Shown here: in pieces, positions 49,854-63,039 of the stretch
Numbering within the stretch: the stretch's first letter is position 1
Layout of the letters: each line of letters opens with the position of its first letter
Assembly: GCA_030265395.1 (NCBI GenBank)
Contig: JARFYF010000007.1
Location: 54,295,259 to 54,359,258, forward strand
Length of the DNA: 64,000 nt
DNA from: Rhina ancylostomus
Lineage: Eukaryota
Direction of reading: 5' to 3'
Notes under the pieces: model-generated
Seen by the model: only the letters and a program-made list of their open reading frames with translations
What the model was told of the DNA's origin: nothing
The model's database searches: none
Program-made: the position numbers and the translations under genes

Positions 49854-50027
49854 TCCTTTGCAGGAAGAGTGACCAAATGTATCTACATTAATAGGACCAG
49901 CTGTATGTACAACAGAGGAAATTTGTGGCTCAGAATTTCAAAATTGACCAATAATTTAGTATCTCAGCAAGCCATAAATAAATAAGGACTCTGTAAATGT
50001 ACAAGTGGTGAGAACAGAGTGAGTGAG

Positions 50028-51008
50028 TGACAGAAAAAGAGAGGAATGTAATTGCTAAACATTAATCATGTCTTTTCTTCTCTAACTCCTTGTGGTTTTT
50101 GACTATCCACATCTATAATATTCACAATACAGCCATCAGCAAGGCTCTTTATGTCAAGGTTGCCCCCAGAGCCTTTGAAAATACTTATAGTCAGGAGTTA
50201 TTGAGCTGAAAACTATTAGAAAGAGCACTTCAACTGAGTAAACAAGCAGTCAACAGTTGGAAACTGCTGTATGCCTTAAGGACATGTTTGCTTATACATG
50301 GCATTTCATGCTAATATGTAGCAATATTTTGAAACTTTTATTTTCCCTACCTGAAATATAACCCCATTCGAAATACGAAAGTCTATTGAAATTACCATTT
50401 CACCTGAAACCCCACTGAAGTGAAAACCCATTATAAGTGGAATGCATTACTATCATTGAAATTGTGTCCAACTACTTGGAGTGTAATTGAAAATTGTGAA
50501 TTTGTAACATATTAAACCTGTAGCAAAGAGCTGAAACAGATCCATAACAGGAGAGGTAGGGTAACTGTGGAGTGCAGAGCTGAAGTTCTGTTTGGATCAA
50601 AGGAAGAACTGCAATCCCAGCTGTTTATTCTAAAAGGGTTTTACCTTTAAAGTAAAACCTCCCAGCCCCAAAGTGCAATGTAATCAGTCACCATCAGATG
50701 CTAGCTGATTGACCACTGAGACAGAGGACCCCCTTCCCTACCAAAAAAACCTCCCAGCCCCAAAGTGCAATGTAATCAGTCACCAACAGATGCTAGCTGA
50801 TTGACCACTGAGACAGAGGACCCCCTTCCCTACCAAAATGGTTTTGAGCAAAGCAGTGGCCCAGCTCATTGGAGATGGAGTGATAGATAGAGAGAAAGGG
50901 AAGGGTATTATATTGTCTACTGCTATAATGAGGTTATTATAATCTTTCGGCCTCATTTCATCACAAAATAAAGAATTCTAGTGTATTTATTTTTTTTATT
51001 GAATTCAC
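50028..51008 (+). mobile_element. 3' LTR of the ERV (ends approximate)
   Basis: Colinear with the TSD-bounded solo LTR 16650-17571; purine-rich tract around its start; AATAAA at about 50967. Confidence 0.8.
50654..50838. repeat. 92-bp near-perfect tandem duplication inside the LTR
   Basis: AAAACCTCCCAGCCCCAAAG...CCCTTCCCTACCAAAA twice; one mismatch (CCATCAG/CCAACAG). Confidence 0.95.
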
Positions 51009-52484
51009 TTTTCAGAATTTCTGCATAACCAGCAGGTAGTAATTCAATCACCAGCCCATTGTAAGCCATCCTTCAGTTACAGGACTGATGGTGTAAATCT
51101 GGTGATGGAGGGGGCACATGATCGTTACTTTCATTCATTGTGTGTGACCAACTGAACTTTTGACTTATCAGGGTATTCCTTGCATCTCAGGCACCAGCGT
51201 AATTAGCTAAATTGATGTTGTGTGTCCGACCATCCTTCAACATCTCAACATTGCAAAGGTAGAAATGGCTTCTCTTGGTGCACAGACTGAAGTTCTCCAA
51301 CTAATTTGTTCACACCATTACGTTCTACTTATCATAATCTGAGGCATTTGAGAAAGCAGCTGTGGGTATCAGTTCAATGTTCAAATTGGTGCTATGTCCT
51401 GAGCTATCCTGGTAAGGAATTTATTTTCAATGCTTATACTGCAGATTTCTGGGAAGCAGCCATTCGTTCTCAATGGTTTCTGATTGCATGATAAACATTA
51501 ATCAGGGACTTACTTCTCTGTAGCAGGATATTCTGACACTCTGATACCTGTGACCAAAAATAAATGTCAATAAACTAAATTACATAATCCTATTTGTTTT
51601 CAGCATATTGCCTTTGATTTTTTTTCTGGTGTGAACCATGATATTGACCACTTCCAAGTTATTTTGCATCATTCAGAAAATTTGACTAGATACTTCCTCA
51701 TGAGCCACCCTCGTGATCTTGGCACTGTTTTCACATTAGGGGTGTATATGATTACATAATTCCTTATGCATTAATCCTTTTACAGCATCGTAGGGACATT
51801 GTTGTCTTGAGAGTGCCCGTCATTGTACACTTCCAGAATGACTTGCACACTGCTTGGAAGACTGCAAACTAGGTAATTACTGCACTCCCCTTCCCCCATC
51901 CCTGCAGTGAAAAATCCTTCAACATCTCTGATCTCTAGCCATGTACCCCGACTCATTCTAATGACATCTCACCAATCCAGCAACATTACCATATCCAATG
52001 TGCTGCCAATCCCGATCTCCTCTATCCAGCTTTTGATTCCCCATATGAATTGCCAGTCTTTCCTTCACTGATCTCTCAAATTACCTTCTGGACCCTTCTA
52101 TACATCACTCCTATGCACCAAAAATCAGCACCTGGTGTATTGTGCCCAAGGCCTTGCAGTTCTCTAAAGTCTGAATGGGGGTACTAGAATTTCTAGGCAA
52201 CAACAGAAACCTGTATGGTCACTTAGTGACTCATTTTGCATATATGATTGTATGACATTGTGCCTATTGCTGGGGAAGAGAAGGGGGTGTTAATGGCAAT
52301 CACACATTTCAGCAAAGCAATACAGCCCAGATATAAATGGGAATGCTGAAGATGCAGAGATGCTCAGGGGAGTGGGAAGATCCCAGCAAGTCTGCAAACA
52401 CAGAGGCTCTGGTTGGCCTTACTGTCTGGGCCACGATTAAATAATGCTCTGCAGCTTCCTACCCAATCATGAAAATGTACTGGT

Positions 52485-52750
52485 AAGATATCTTTATTAG
52501 TCACATTGTACATTGAAACACACAGTAAAATACATCTTTTGCGTAGAGTGTTCTGGGGGCAGCCTGCAATTGTCGCCACGCTTCCGGCACCAACATAGTA
52601 TTCCCACAACTTCCTAACCCATACGTCTTCGGCATATAAGAGGAAACCGGAGCACCCGGAGGAAACCCACGCAGACATGGGGAGAACATACAAATTCCTT
52701 ACAGACAGCAGCAGGAATTGTAATAGTGTTACGCCAACTGCTACACTACA
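52485..52750 (-). mobile_element. V-domain SINE
   Basis: AGGAAACCGGAGCACCCGGAGGAAACCCACGCAGACATGGGGAGAAC core; its tail differs from that of 15402-15596. Confidence 0.85.
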
Positions 52751-53104
52751 GAATATGAAACAAGTTACATATCACACATGGAAAATTGTGAAATAAAGAT
52801 GGAATCTGAAGTTCTGGGCTGTGTTTATGTAGGACACAAAACCAAGAGGAGTAGTAAAATGTGAGGAAAATAGTAATTAATTTAGTTAAGGACTGTGGAA
52901 GTGATTAGTGAGGGTGTGGGTGTGAGCAGCATAGGAACTGGGCTGTGTCTGGAAGGAGTGGTCATGCCCCGTCAGTTCTGGACCAAGCACTCCTGCCTCC
53001 CTGGTCCTTAGGGAGTGCTAGAAGTTTAGCACTCAATTTGGACAGTCAGCCTTCAATTTCTGTTCTGCTGCCAGACAACCAATACTTTGGGCCTTTCCCA
53101 CACT

Positions 53105-53790
53105 TCACAGAATCACATAATAGTTACAACAGAGGACGATGTCACTTAGCCTGTCAAATTCATAGCAGCTCTATATCAATAATCCAGCTAGTCCCACTGC
53201 CTGCTCTCTCCCCATAGTCCTGAATTATTTTTTTTCTTTCAGTTACTTGTCCAGCTTCTTTATGAATGCTACCATTAAGTGTGCTGCCACACTGCTCCTG
53301 GTAGAGCATTCCAAACCTAACCTTTGTAAAGAAAAAGCTTTTCCTCCTGTCATTTTTGGTTCTTTTGTAAGTCACCTTCATTTTACATCTCCTGGTTATT
53401 GAATATTCCAACAGTTTCTCTCTTGCTACTCTGTCTGTACCCTTCATGATGTTACATCTCTGTCAGATACCCTCTGAACCATCTGTATTCCATGGAGAAT
53501 CATCCTCGCCTCTACAGTCTATCCTCACAACTAAAGTCCTTATCCCTGGAATCATTTCTGTAAAATATTTTTTACACCTCTCCAAAACCTTGACTTCTTT
53601 CCAAAAACGTACCATTCTTAACCAGCATTCTAAGTCCAGGATTTAGGATGCTTTTTAAACTATCTTCTCAACCTGTCCTGCTATTTTCATTGAACTGTTC
53701 ACATATACCCCTTTAGAATTCTGCTCTCTAGTTTATATTGCCTCTGCTCATTCTTCCTACAAAAATGTAACATCACGTTCCTCACTATTT
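53105..53790 (-). mobile_element. Decayed CR1 3' portion
   Basis: ORF 53160-53447(-): MKGTDRVAREKLLEYSITRRCKMKV...FFFTKV. Confidence 0.78.
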
Positions 53791-54129
53791 CTCAGGCGCA
53801 TACTGGTAACTCAATCTTAACTTGTCTATTTGAGCAGGCAATTTAAAGAAAGAACTCGGAGAATCAGCGATAACTGGAAAAAGTCAATAACATCAGAATA
53901 TGGAAGAGGGGATTTGGACTTTGTCTCAATTACATGCACCTCTGTTGAAGAGAGCTTGCCAGAATTATTTAAATTGTTGGACCTCTCCTTGACTCTTAGT
54001 ACATTAACGGGAGTAGTGATGAGGCTATCAGCAGGCTGATCCTGGCACTTCTGGCGGGATCAAAGACTCCTGGCTCTTTAGGTCATCTTTATGTCACAGT
54101 TGAAAAAAAAGTTGTGAATCAGTGCCAGC

Positions 54130-54490
54130 AGCCTCATCTTTAAGTCAGAAGGTCACCAGATCATCTTCCCCTCTTACACTTGAACACATAATCAAGGGTG
54201 ATATTTCAGTACAGTCCCGACTGAGGGCAATCCTGTCAGCCAACATCAGTCCTTGAAGTGATAAAGATTATACACTGCCATCTGATGAAGAGAAGCTCTC
54301 TTCATCAGCAACATTTATCCCTCAATAAATGCCACTAATATCGTTTGTCCAGTCATTTATCTTAGTACTCTCTATGGGGCCTCACAGCATGCAAATTTCC
54401 TGTCATATTTTCCAAAATAAACAACTCAAAAATAATCATATGTTGTGAGGGATGTTTCAGCTCATGAAACTGATATATAACTCCATACAT
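54130..54490 (+). mobile_element. Old Deu-domain (AmnSINE1/SacSINE1-like) SINE
   Basis: AGTCAGAAGG...CTTGAACACATAATCAAGGGTGA...CAACATTTATCCCTCAA...GTCATTTATC follows the remembered consensus. Weaker minus-strand pieces at about 1085-1260, 37850-37930 and 42870-42965. Confidence 0.6.
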
Positions 54491-55679
54491 TTTAATTTTT
54501 TCACATAGCCAACAGAACAATGTAAGTTCTAAATTTGTGCCTTGTGCCAATGATGAAATAATAGCATTCATTCATGGAAATAAGTCTAATATAATAAACA
54601 GTTATAAAACTATTAGCAGTTGTACCATCGAACAAACAGGGCAGCATCACAACTAAAATAATAGCACCCGCAAACTAAGCACACCAACTATATTTCTTAA
54701 AACATGCAACTCACAGATTTTTGATGATGTTTTTGACAGTGAAGAACATTATAGGAAGAGAAATAGGGAAAGGGCATGTAGACCAGATGATTAAACTCAG
54801 AAAGGGGTATAGAACTGAGAGAATTAGAGACTCAAGTGGACACACTTTGGAAATAGAAGGTTGTGTGGAACAATCTGTAAATATTGTAAGTGAAGTCCCA
54901 TTTATTACTAGAAGCACAGTGTACAGAAGTAAATTTGTAATAGTAAGCATGTTAATTTTGTGTCAAGTTTTCATCTCCACCACTGGCAGCAAAGGAAGAG
55001 ATATCAATAATTCAAACTGCAACACATTCGGAATCTACCTACTCCCATCAACATACAGGTCTCAACTACTTTGCCTGTAGTCTTCAACTGGTGGCCTGAA
55101 GGAAATAAACGAGGTCTCATTGGCCCAGACAGTTTGTAGTTCACTGACTTCAATTGTTTATCAATGGAATTTAGAAGCTCCAAACAGCAGACTGCAGATT
55201 ATGCATTCTCTACCAGCTGGAATTGGTGTTGATTGTGTCCACCAGCTGTCCTTAAAATGTTAGCTGTAGACCCCTTTTAGAGAGCATGTAAAACCTGTTT
55301 TCTTATAGCTACTTTGAGACTTAGAAGGAATTTAATATAGGTCAGGTTCAGGTGGAACCGATTAGGCAAGTATTGACTGTACTTTTTTCCCCATCTCTTA
55401 ATAGAAGGGGCTTTATATTTTAACATGGGAAATACAGTTTCAAATTTACACAGAGCAGGTTCACACAGGCAACAATGAAATAATGCAACATTTTTATCTT
55501 AAAGTAGTTCACGATTCTAGACGTAATTCATGATTCTGAGCAGGTTTTAATCAAAGAACGAATGCCTGCAGCAGTGTTAATTTAGCATCTTGTCTCTGCC
55601 TGAGCCAATATCAGTTCAGCAATGAAGCAGTACTAGGAGACTTCAAGGATAGTTTAACATTGTTCCTTTCCTGGATATC

Positions 55680-56695
55680 AAATGAAATACATTCAAATGG
55701 TTAAATTTGTACCTTGAACATAGGAAGATGGCTGTGATTGTTGGATATCAATCATCCTTATCCCACGTCATCACCACTGTTTCTCAGACCAAGACCAACC
55801 TTATTTAGCTGCTTCATCAAAGACCTTTATTTCATCATAAGATCAAGTGTAGAGATGCTGGATGGTGATCACACAATGTTCAATTCCATACTGTATATTG
55901 CTCCATGACAAATTAAACAGTCTGTAGTTGCATGTAGCAAGACTGAGACATCATTCAAGCGTGGCCTGATAAGTGGCAAGTAACTTTCATGCTGCAGAGG
56001 TGCTGGGGAATGACTATCTCCAACAAGTTGCAGTCTACCTTCAATGTCCTGGGTGTCACCATTGACCAAAAACTCAAGTAGGCTATCCACATAAATACTG
56101 TGACTAAAGGAGCAGGTTAGACGCTGAGTGACCTGTAACAAGTGGCTTAGTTCATTACACCCCAAAGTCTTTCCACACCTATAGGGCACAAGTCAAGAGC
56201 ATGATGGAACACTTTCCATTTGCTTGGATGAGTGCAGCTCCAACAGTCAAAAATCTCAACACCATTCAGGTCAAAAGAGCCGATTAAATTGACACTCCAT
56301 CAACTACCCTGAACATTCATTCCCACTCTCTGAAGCTTCAGAAGTTCCATCCACAAAATGCACTGCAGTTACTCTCCCAGGCTATTCCAACAGTTTTGCC
56401 CAAACCAATGACCTCTACTGCCAGGATAAGCGTAACATGTGCATAGAACACCATCTACTGCAGCTTCTTTCTTAGCTGCACACCATTGTGAATTGGACTA
56501 TAATGCAATTTCTTCATCACCCCAAGGTCTAAATCTCAGAACTCCCTCCTCAACAGTATAATAGATGTACCTTCAGCAAAAGGAATGCATTGGTTCTAGA
56601 ATGTAGCTTGCTTTCACCTTAAGAAGAATTAGGGATGGGCAATAAATGCTGGCCCACTGGTGATGTCCAAATCCTGAAAACAATAATCAATGAAA
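55680..56695 (+). mobile_element. LINE family B (CR1 group), RT end plus 3' UTR; longest copy
   Basis: KMAVIVGYQSS...PTLFSCFIKDLYFIIRSSVEMLDGDHTMF (decayed FADD); tail GGGATGGGCAATAAATGCTGGCC. Confidence 0.85.
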
Positions 56696-57379
56696 AAGCG
56701 ATCATTATTTTTCATTTGCGAAGAGCTCTGGTGATGAGAATTCCTGTCTGGGTACCCAATTCTGGAAGTCTTTTAGTGCTTCACCCACATAGTCCATTAG
56801 CCAATCAGAAGCAAATTTTCCTTAAAGCAAAGTTTGTGCTTCATCTCTGCCTTTATTATGTCTTCACTGGGATCATGAATACAACCCAGGATACATGGGA
56901 TTCAGCTAGAATAGCATTCATCTGTGACTTTGTATGAAACTGGTCCATCCTCTGTACAAGACCACTTTAAGACACCTTTCTACATGCAACATTTTCAGGG
57001 CCATCTATTTAGGATTATTGGTTGAGAAATGAATAGTGGTCTGGATATTGGTAGATAATTTTGCTCTTAATTAAAATAGTAGGGAGGTTTATTATTTCTT
57101 CCAGAAGACAGGACCTCTAACAGTACAGCCACCCACCCCCCCAAATAATGCAACCAAAGTTTGCTGGCTGCATGTAAACAATATTTTGGCTGTAGTATAG
57201 CACAGGACTTAAAAGAGTAACAATATGGTAAGTATATGCCAACTCTATGTGGTGCTTCTTCCCGTTGCTAATGGGCTATGGGAAAAAACACCACAAAACT
57301 TCCATTGAAGGTGGTACCCAGACCGGTGATTGTCTGCTGACCATTAATGCAGTGCACCCCAAATTATGCAACTGAACAT

Positions 57380-57740
57380 TGAATCTGAAATAGTCCAATA
57401 TAACAATGGGTCTAAAATAATTCAAGATGACAATCAGGCAATGGCTCCAAAATAATCCAGGACAACAGAGGGACAGTACGTCTAAAATAATGCAGGTAAG
57501 AATAAATGCGAAATAATTCATGGTAAAAATTAGAATAAAATAATCCATAGTAAAATGGGTCTTCATCACTCAAGGTTAGGTATTGGTCTTGAATTATTCT
57601 GGGCAAAATTGGTCCAAAATAATCCCAGGTAACAATAAGTCTAAAATAAAGAGGGGATCAATGGATCTAAAACAATCTAGAGTTCAAAATTATACAAAGC
57701 TAAATTAATAAAGAATAACATGGATTTATATCTTTAAATA
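57380..57740. repeat. Degenerate ~26-bp minisatellite
   Basis: About 8-10 variants of TCTAAAATAATCCAGGTAACAATGGG. Confidence 0.7.
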
Positions 57741-58129
57741 ATATAATTATTTTTCTGATAATAGCTTACCTCAATGGAACTAATTAAACTAATCTATTTT
57801 TTGTCCTTTCTCAAGGCATTCTCTGTTTCAGGACTTTTAATTCATTAGTTTTGTCTTGAACACTTTCTGACTGACTCAGGGATTAAATTGGACAGCTCTG
57901 GAAAATATACACTGGGATTACCATGGCCAGTAACTTGTGCCTGTTTGATCCTGTGTAGGAGATCCACAAAGTTTGCCATCCAATCCCATTACTATGATTT
58001 CAGCATCCAGTCAGCTGAGCTATTGCTGGCCTGGGCAAACATTCACAGGCAGCACAGGTTCAAGGCAGCTAGCACTGACTGAATCTAAACCTTCACCAAT
58101 AATAGAGGAGGTGCTGCATGATTGCAATT

Positions 58130-58350
58130 CGTGGCGGAAGCTTGCTGGAAAATGGCTGATTACGGGGACCCTGAGAGTTCACCCTGAAGACATTAGTAGA
58201 CAAAGGAGAGAGGATTTCTACTTGCAGGAGACCAGTCACCAGTAGGGGGAGGAGGTCATAAATGAGGTCACTGAAAGGAGCAAGGCACCACAGATGAGGT
58301 ATGGTTTTTAAAGAAAACATGAGTTCACACACACTGTCAAGATCAGTAAA
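58130..58350 (+). pseudogene. Harbinger Myb/SANT-like ORF remnant
   Basis: TLRVHPEDISRQRREDFYLQETSHQ*GEEVINEVTERSKAPQMR resembles the pattern LE.LVEEV.RRR.VLYP...QWEEVA.EV.ARS.APR. Confidence 0.5.
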
Positions 58351-59537
58351 GATATCATGAAATTCCAATTTTAACAGCTACATTACTAGCCTCACACACT
58401 GCTCCATGCTATGTATCCCCACAGCTTACCTAACCTCAATCTCAGTCAATTAGGACTCCTAACTAATGTTCATATGCCTTACTGCACACTCACAGAACAA
58501 GCATCACTACTCCAAGCCCCACATTCAAATCTCACTGCTTCTACACTCTGGCAGCTATCCAAGCATTGGTCTGACATCATCCAGACAGATTAGAAAACAC
58601 TCACACTTATCTGTCTCTCTTACAAAAGGAAAAATCACATGCTCCCCACATTTGAACACTGAGCTAGCCATTATTACAGTGACCACTTGAATGTCTCAGG
58701 CTAGCAAAGATATAAAGATCACTTTGGATGACTGCATGCTCACACCAAATCCTACATTGCATTTCCAACTTCCCTCTCATCCCACAGTCTCTAGATGTAA
58801 AAGCTGCAAATGATGTTAGCCTTAACTTCTTACTTGCTCCCACCTTCCTACATGATAGTCCTGTCCTCATGTCTTTTACCTTTCAGATGGTCTAAGTAGA
58901 TACCTCTAAGTACAATTTTCAAAGGGATTTTGGTGGTATATCAGCAATGTCTCCTCTAATAGATCAGTACCATTATTAAAGTACCACAAGGACAACAAAT
59001 GATATCAGTTCCATAATTAAACCATTCATGAACTTCATAAGACTAACCTCACCATTCCAACATAGTCCCAAATAATAAACCACAGTCACTCCCAAATAAG
59101 AAATAATGGCAGCCAGGTCATGCAAGTTAACCAAAGAAAGAGTTTGACACAAAATCATCACATTTACAGTTTGAAATGGAGCAAAACTAATCATCGAATA
59201 GTCTTAACATCATAGAATGGGGAAGAATGGGGAAGATGATTATAATAAACACGTCTACCCCCAAAAGAACTGCTTCATCTGAGTGGGGATCAGTGAGCTC
59301 ACAGACTGTCTATTGAGAGGAGTTAGTATGTCGCTGTAGGGTTCAAATAGCTGCAGCACCTTGAACAGTCAATCAGTAACAAAAGGCCCTGTGCTTCAAT
59401 TCAGGAACAAAGTTGCAGCAAGGTTCTCCCAAAATTGCTTAGTAAGCCCAAAGCATGCAAAATACCAGGTGACTCCTTACACTGATTTAGGAAATATTGA
59501 GCTATTTATTCCTGATTGTTTTTCGATTATTTAAGAT

Positions 59538-59908
59538 CAGGTGGCATAGTGGTGCAGTTTGTAGAGCCACTGTCTCACAGTGGCAGAGTCCTGGGTTCGA
59601 TCCTGACCTCGGGCACTGTCTATGTGCTGTTTGTATGTTCCCCCTATGACTGAGTGGGTTTCTTCTGGGTGCTCCGGTTTCCTCCCACATGCAGTTTGGT
59701 AAATTAATTGGCCATTGTAAATTGCCCCTAGTATATGGGTGAATGGTAGAATATAGGGGTGGGGGGGGGTTGTGGGGGGAATTGATGGGAATGTGAGAAG
59801 ATAAAAAGTAGAATGAATATAGGATTAGTGTATATGGTGGTTGACGGTTAGAGCGGACTCAGTGGGCCAAAGGGCCTGTCTCCAAGCTATAACCCTCAAT
59901 GACTCTCT
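59538..59908 (+). mobile_element. Full-length tRNA-derived V-domain SINE
   Basis: A-box GTGGCATAGTGG, B-box GGTTCGATCC, V core, CR1-like tail GGGCCAAAGGGCCTGTCTCC; G-run expansion at 59756-59790. Confidence 0.88.
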
Positions 59909-60169
59909 GTGATTCAGGTTATTTGCAGATGATGGAATGGACAGTCCTTAAGAATGCTTATGTTTTGAGATTAACCCACTCCAGTTGATTTAATAAAGCT
60001 GCATCGGGATACAGTGTTTAGATATGTTAAGAAACTTGGTTTTGCACAAAAATATTCTGAAACAATTTCACCAACTCTTGCAAGTCAAGAGCAGCCCACC
60101 ATATCATAAAATAACCTTTCATTAAATTCTGTGTGTCACAGAATGTCACAGAATTCAGCACCCACTAGA

Positions 60170-60370
60170 GATGTGGCTTAGTAGAAAATTATTTGCACAG
60201 AGTACAAGTAGGGCATGGAATACTTTTGAGCTTTAAAAGGGAAAATTGGATTTATATTTGAGCAAGAAGATGATAGAGGAAAATGGTAGCAGGAGAGTAG
60301 ATTAGTTTCAGATTGCTTTTGCAAAGGGCAGCGAGAGATCAATGGGCTGAATGGTCCCGTGCTGTGCAGT
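60170..60370 (+). mobile_element. Decayed CR1 3' tail
   Basis: TTTAAAAGGGAAAATTGGAT...ATGGGCTGAATGGTCCCGTGCTGTGC. Confidence 0.55.
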
Positions 60371-61099
60371 AAACTTCAGTGGTTCTTCAGTTCTCATTCT
60401 GCACCAAAAACAGCAATATATGCTCCATCAGAAAAACACATATACACATATTAAAAAGGAACAACAGTTCTGCAATAATAACGTCAACATGGTCAAACTG
60501 AGAAAAGCCACCTCTTGTTGTGGCAATCAAAGTAATAGTACTGTCAATGAAGTAAAGATACACGATCCAGTTCGATTATTAAATGGAGCACCAGCTTTCA
60601 GCTCATCACAAGAGCTACTACAGCTGCAGCTGTGCCTGTACAAGCATTGATGCTCAAAAGAAATGTACTGTAATGAAGAACCCTTCAATCTAATTGACAA
60701 CTATTTTCTAATGATTATTTATGCAAAGGGACACGTTTGAACTTGAATCTATTAGCAGTGATAGCAGAATGGGTAGAATACAATTTAACACATGACAATA
60801 AAATGTATACTCATCATTCTCCATAACAGTTAATGCAATACCCTGGCAAGAAGTGCTTCTATGCATGACACACATGTTAAAGCTGTGCTCTCCAGGCAGA
60901 AGGCCCTCACCAATTTAATGTGAAGTCACAGAGGAATGAAACTCATCTGTCAACAACGTGTAATAGCTCATGTGCAGGTGAATTAAGAATCAACCATCTT
61001 TGAAAGTTGACCATATGTAACACAGATGTTCTGTGTATTTATCCTCGAGTTGGGAGGGGTGGTGGAGTGTGATTGGATTGTTAGGGCTAACTACCATGA

Positions 61100-61410
61100 A
61101 AATATAAGAACGTGAAAAATTAGAAGCAGGAGTAGGCTATTCAACTTCTTCTGCCTGATCCATCATTCAACATAACCATGGCTGATCTTTTTACCTCAGT
61201 GTTACTTTCCTGTACTCACTCCATAGCCACTGATTCCCTTAAGAGCTAAAACTCTATCAATCTCTGCCTTAAGTACACTCAGTGACTGAGCCTCCACAGC
61301 CATCTTAGGTGGTGAATTTCAAAAATTAATCACCATTTGATTGAAAAAGTCTTTTCTCACTTCTGCCCTGAAGGGCCGATCGCCACATCAACTCTGTCAA
61401 GTTCCATAAG
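61100..61410 (-). mobile_element. CR1 3' end
   Basis: ATAAGAAC...TAGAAGCAGGAGTAGGCTATTC is the reverse complement of the tail type at 5020-5047. Confidence 0.75.
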
Positions 61411-61949
61411 AAGAAGGAATTCTGCACGTCTGAGAGTCAATGGGACCTTGTGCCATTGAAGGAGGGAACCTGGGAAAGGATTGTGCCAGTTGAAGATCTA
61501 GGGCTCAAGCTCATACTTGGGAACATGCAGCTTGGTTGAAGTAATCTCTGTTCCAGCCATCTCAAAAATCTTACGCAAAGCGATGGGCCTTTTAAAAATG
61601 TTGAACCATACCTTCACCTACTGTATCAATGTTTGACAGCAGGCATTGTCAGTGAAAGTAAAGTGTGGCGACTGTGACATTAATCACATGTTGTTTTTCC
61701 ATTAGTTTTGTTGTATGCAACCATCAGCTTCCCAGCAAAAGTGTATCAGACAACTCCGCTATTTCTTGAAGTTTCCAATATGTACATGAAAATATGCAAG
61801 ACATTTACCAAAATGTGTTAATATACAATTTTGTCAATATACAATATACATAAAAATATTGCACTATGTAATGGAATTTAGAGATGTATAATAATCCCAA
61901 TAATTTTTCATTCAGGGTACAAGCATTGCTGGCATTTGTTGGCTATAGG

Positions 61950-62990
61950 GTCATAGAGTAACACAGTACAGAAACAGGCCCTTTGGCCTAACTGGTCCAT
62001 GCCGACCATAGCATTCTCCCTGCTAGTCCCAGTTGCCATCATTTGGCCCAAAACCCTCCAACCTTTCCTTCCATGTACCTATCCGAATGCCTCTTAAATG
62101 TTGCAATTGTACCCACCTCAATGACTTCCTCCAGCAGCTCATTCCAGGTACTCACTACCCTCTGTGTAAAGAAGTTACCTCTCAGGTCTCTTTTCAATCT
62201 CTTTCCTCTTATCTTGTATCTGTGCCCTCTAGTTATGGACTTTCCAACCCTGGGGAAAAGCCTCTGACTGTCCACCTTATCCATACCTCTCATGACTTTA
62301 TAAACTTCTTTCAGATCACCCTTCATTCTCCGACACTTCAAGGAATAAAGATCCANNNNNNNNNNNNNNNNNNNNNNNNNNNNNNNNNNNNNNNNNNNNN
62401 NNNNNNNNNNNNNNNNNNNNNNNNNNNNNNNNNNNNNNNNNNNNNNNNNNNNNNNCTCATGACTTTATAAACTTCTTTCAGATCACCCTTCATTCTCCGA
62501 CACTTCAAGGAATAAAGATCCAGTGTGGCCAACCTTTCCCTATAAGTCAGGTCCTGTAGTCCAGGCAGTATCCTTGTAAATCCCTTCCACATCCTCTCCA
62601 GCTTGACAACATTTTTCCTGTAATAGGGTGACCAAAACTGCACACAGTACTCCAAGTGCAGCCTCACCAATGACTTATATAATTGCAAAATGTCCCTACT
62701 CTAAACTCAATGCCCTGACTGATGAAGGCCAGCATGCTAAACACCTTTTTCACCACCCTTGTATGGCCGCTTGCAGCAAACTGTGCACTTGGGCTCCCAG
62801 CTCCCTCTGTTCCACAACACTTGTCAGTGTCCTGCCATTCACTGTATAAGTCCTGCCCTGGTTGGACTGTCCAAAATGTATCACCTTACCTAATTGAAAT
62901 CCATTTGCCATTCCTCAGCCCATCTCCCGAAATGATCAAGATTGCTCTGCAATTCATTGTAACCTGCTTGAATATCAACTATCACTAGTT
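61950..62990 (-). mobile_element. Relatively young 5'-truncated CR1
   Basis: ORFs 62338-62688 and 62039-62341: MQLYKSLVRLHLEYCVQFWSPYYRK...RRMKGDLKEVYKVMRGMDKVDSQRLFPRVGKSITRGHRYK. Confidence 0.95.
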
Positions 62991-63039
62991 TCATTTGAGA
63001 AGATGGTATCAAGTCCTCCATGAAAGATCAGGAAGTCAA

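Noticed and set aside
53830-54060. Segment open on both strands with a few CpGs
   Set aside because: No recognisable domain and weak splice signals.
59538-59610. tRNA gene
   Set aside because: The A/B boxes belong to a SINE head followed by V core and LINE tail; no full cloverleaf.
59756-59790. G-quadruplex-capable G runs (also poly-C at 29188-29212)
   Set aside because: Simple homopolymer expansions in a SINE or at a gap edge; no evidence of function.
62289-62522. About 67-bp duplication across a gap in the young CR1
   Set aside because: Exact overlap at the gap edges; the CR1 ORF is continuous once merged.
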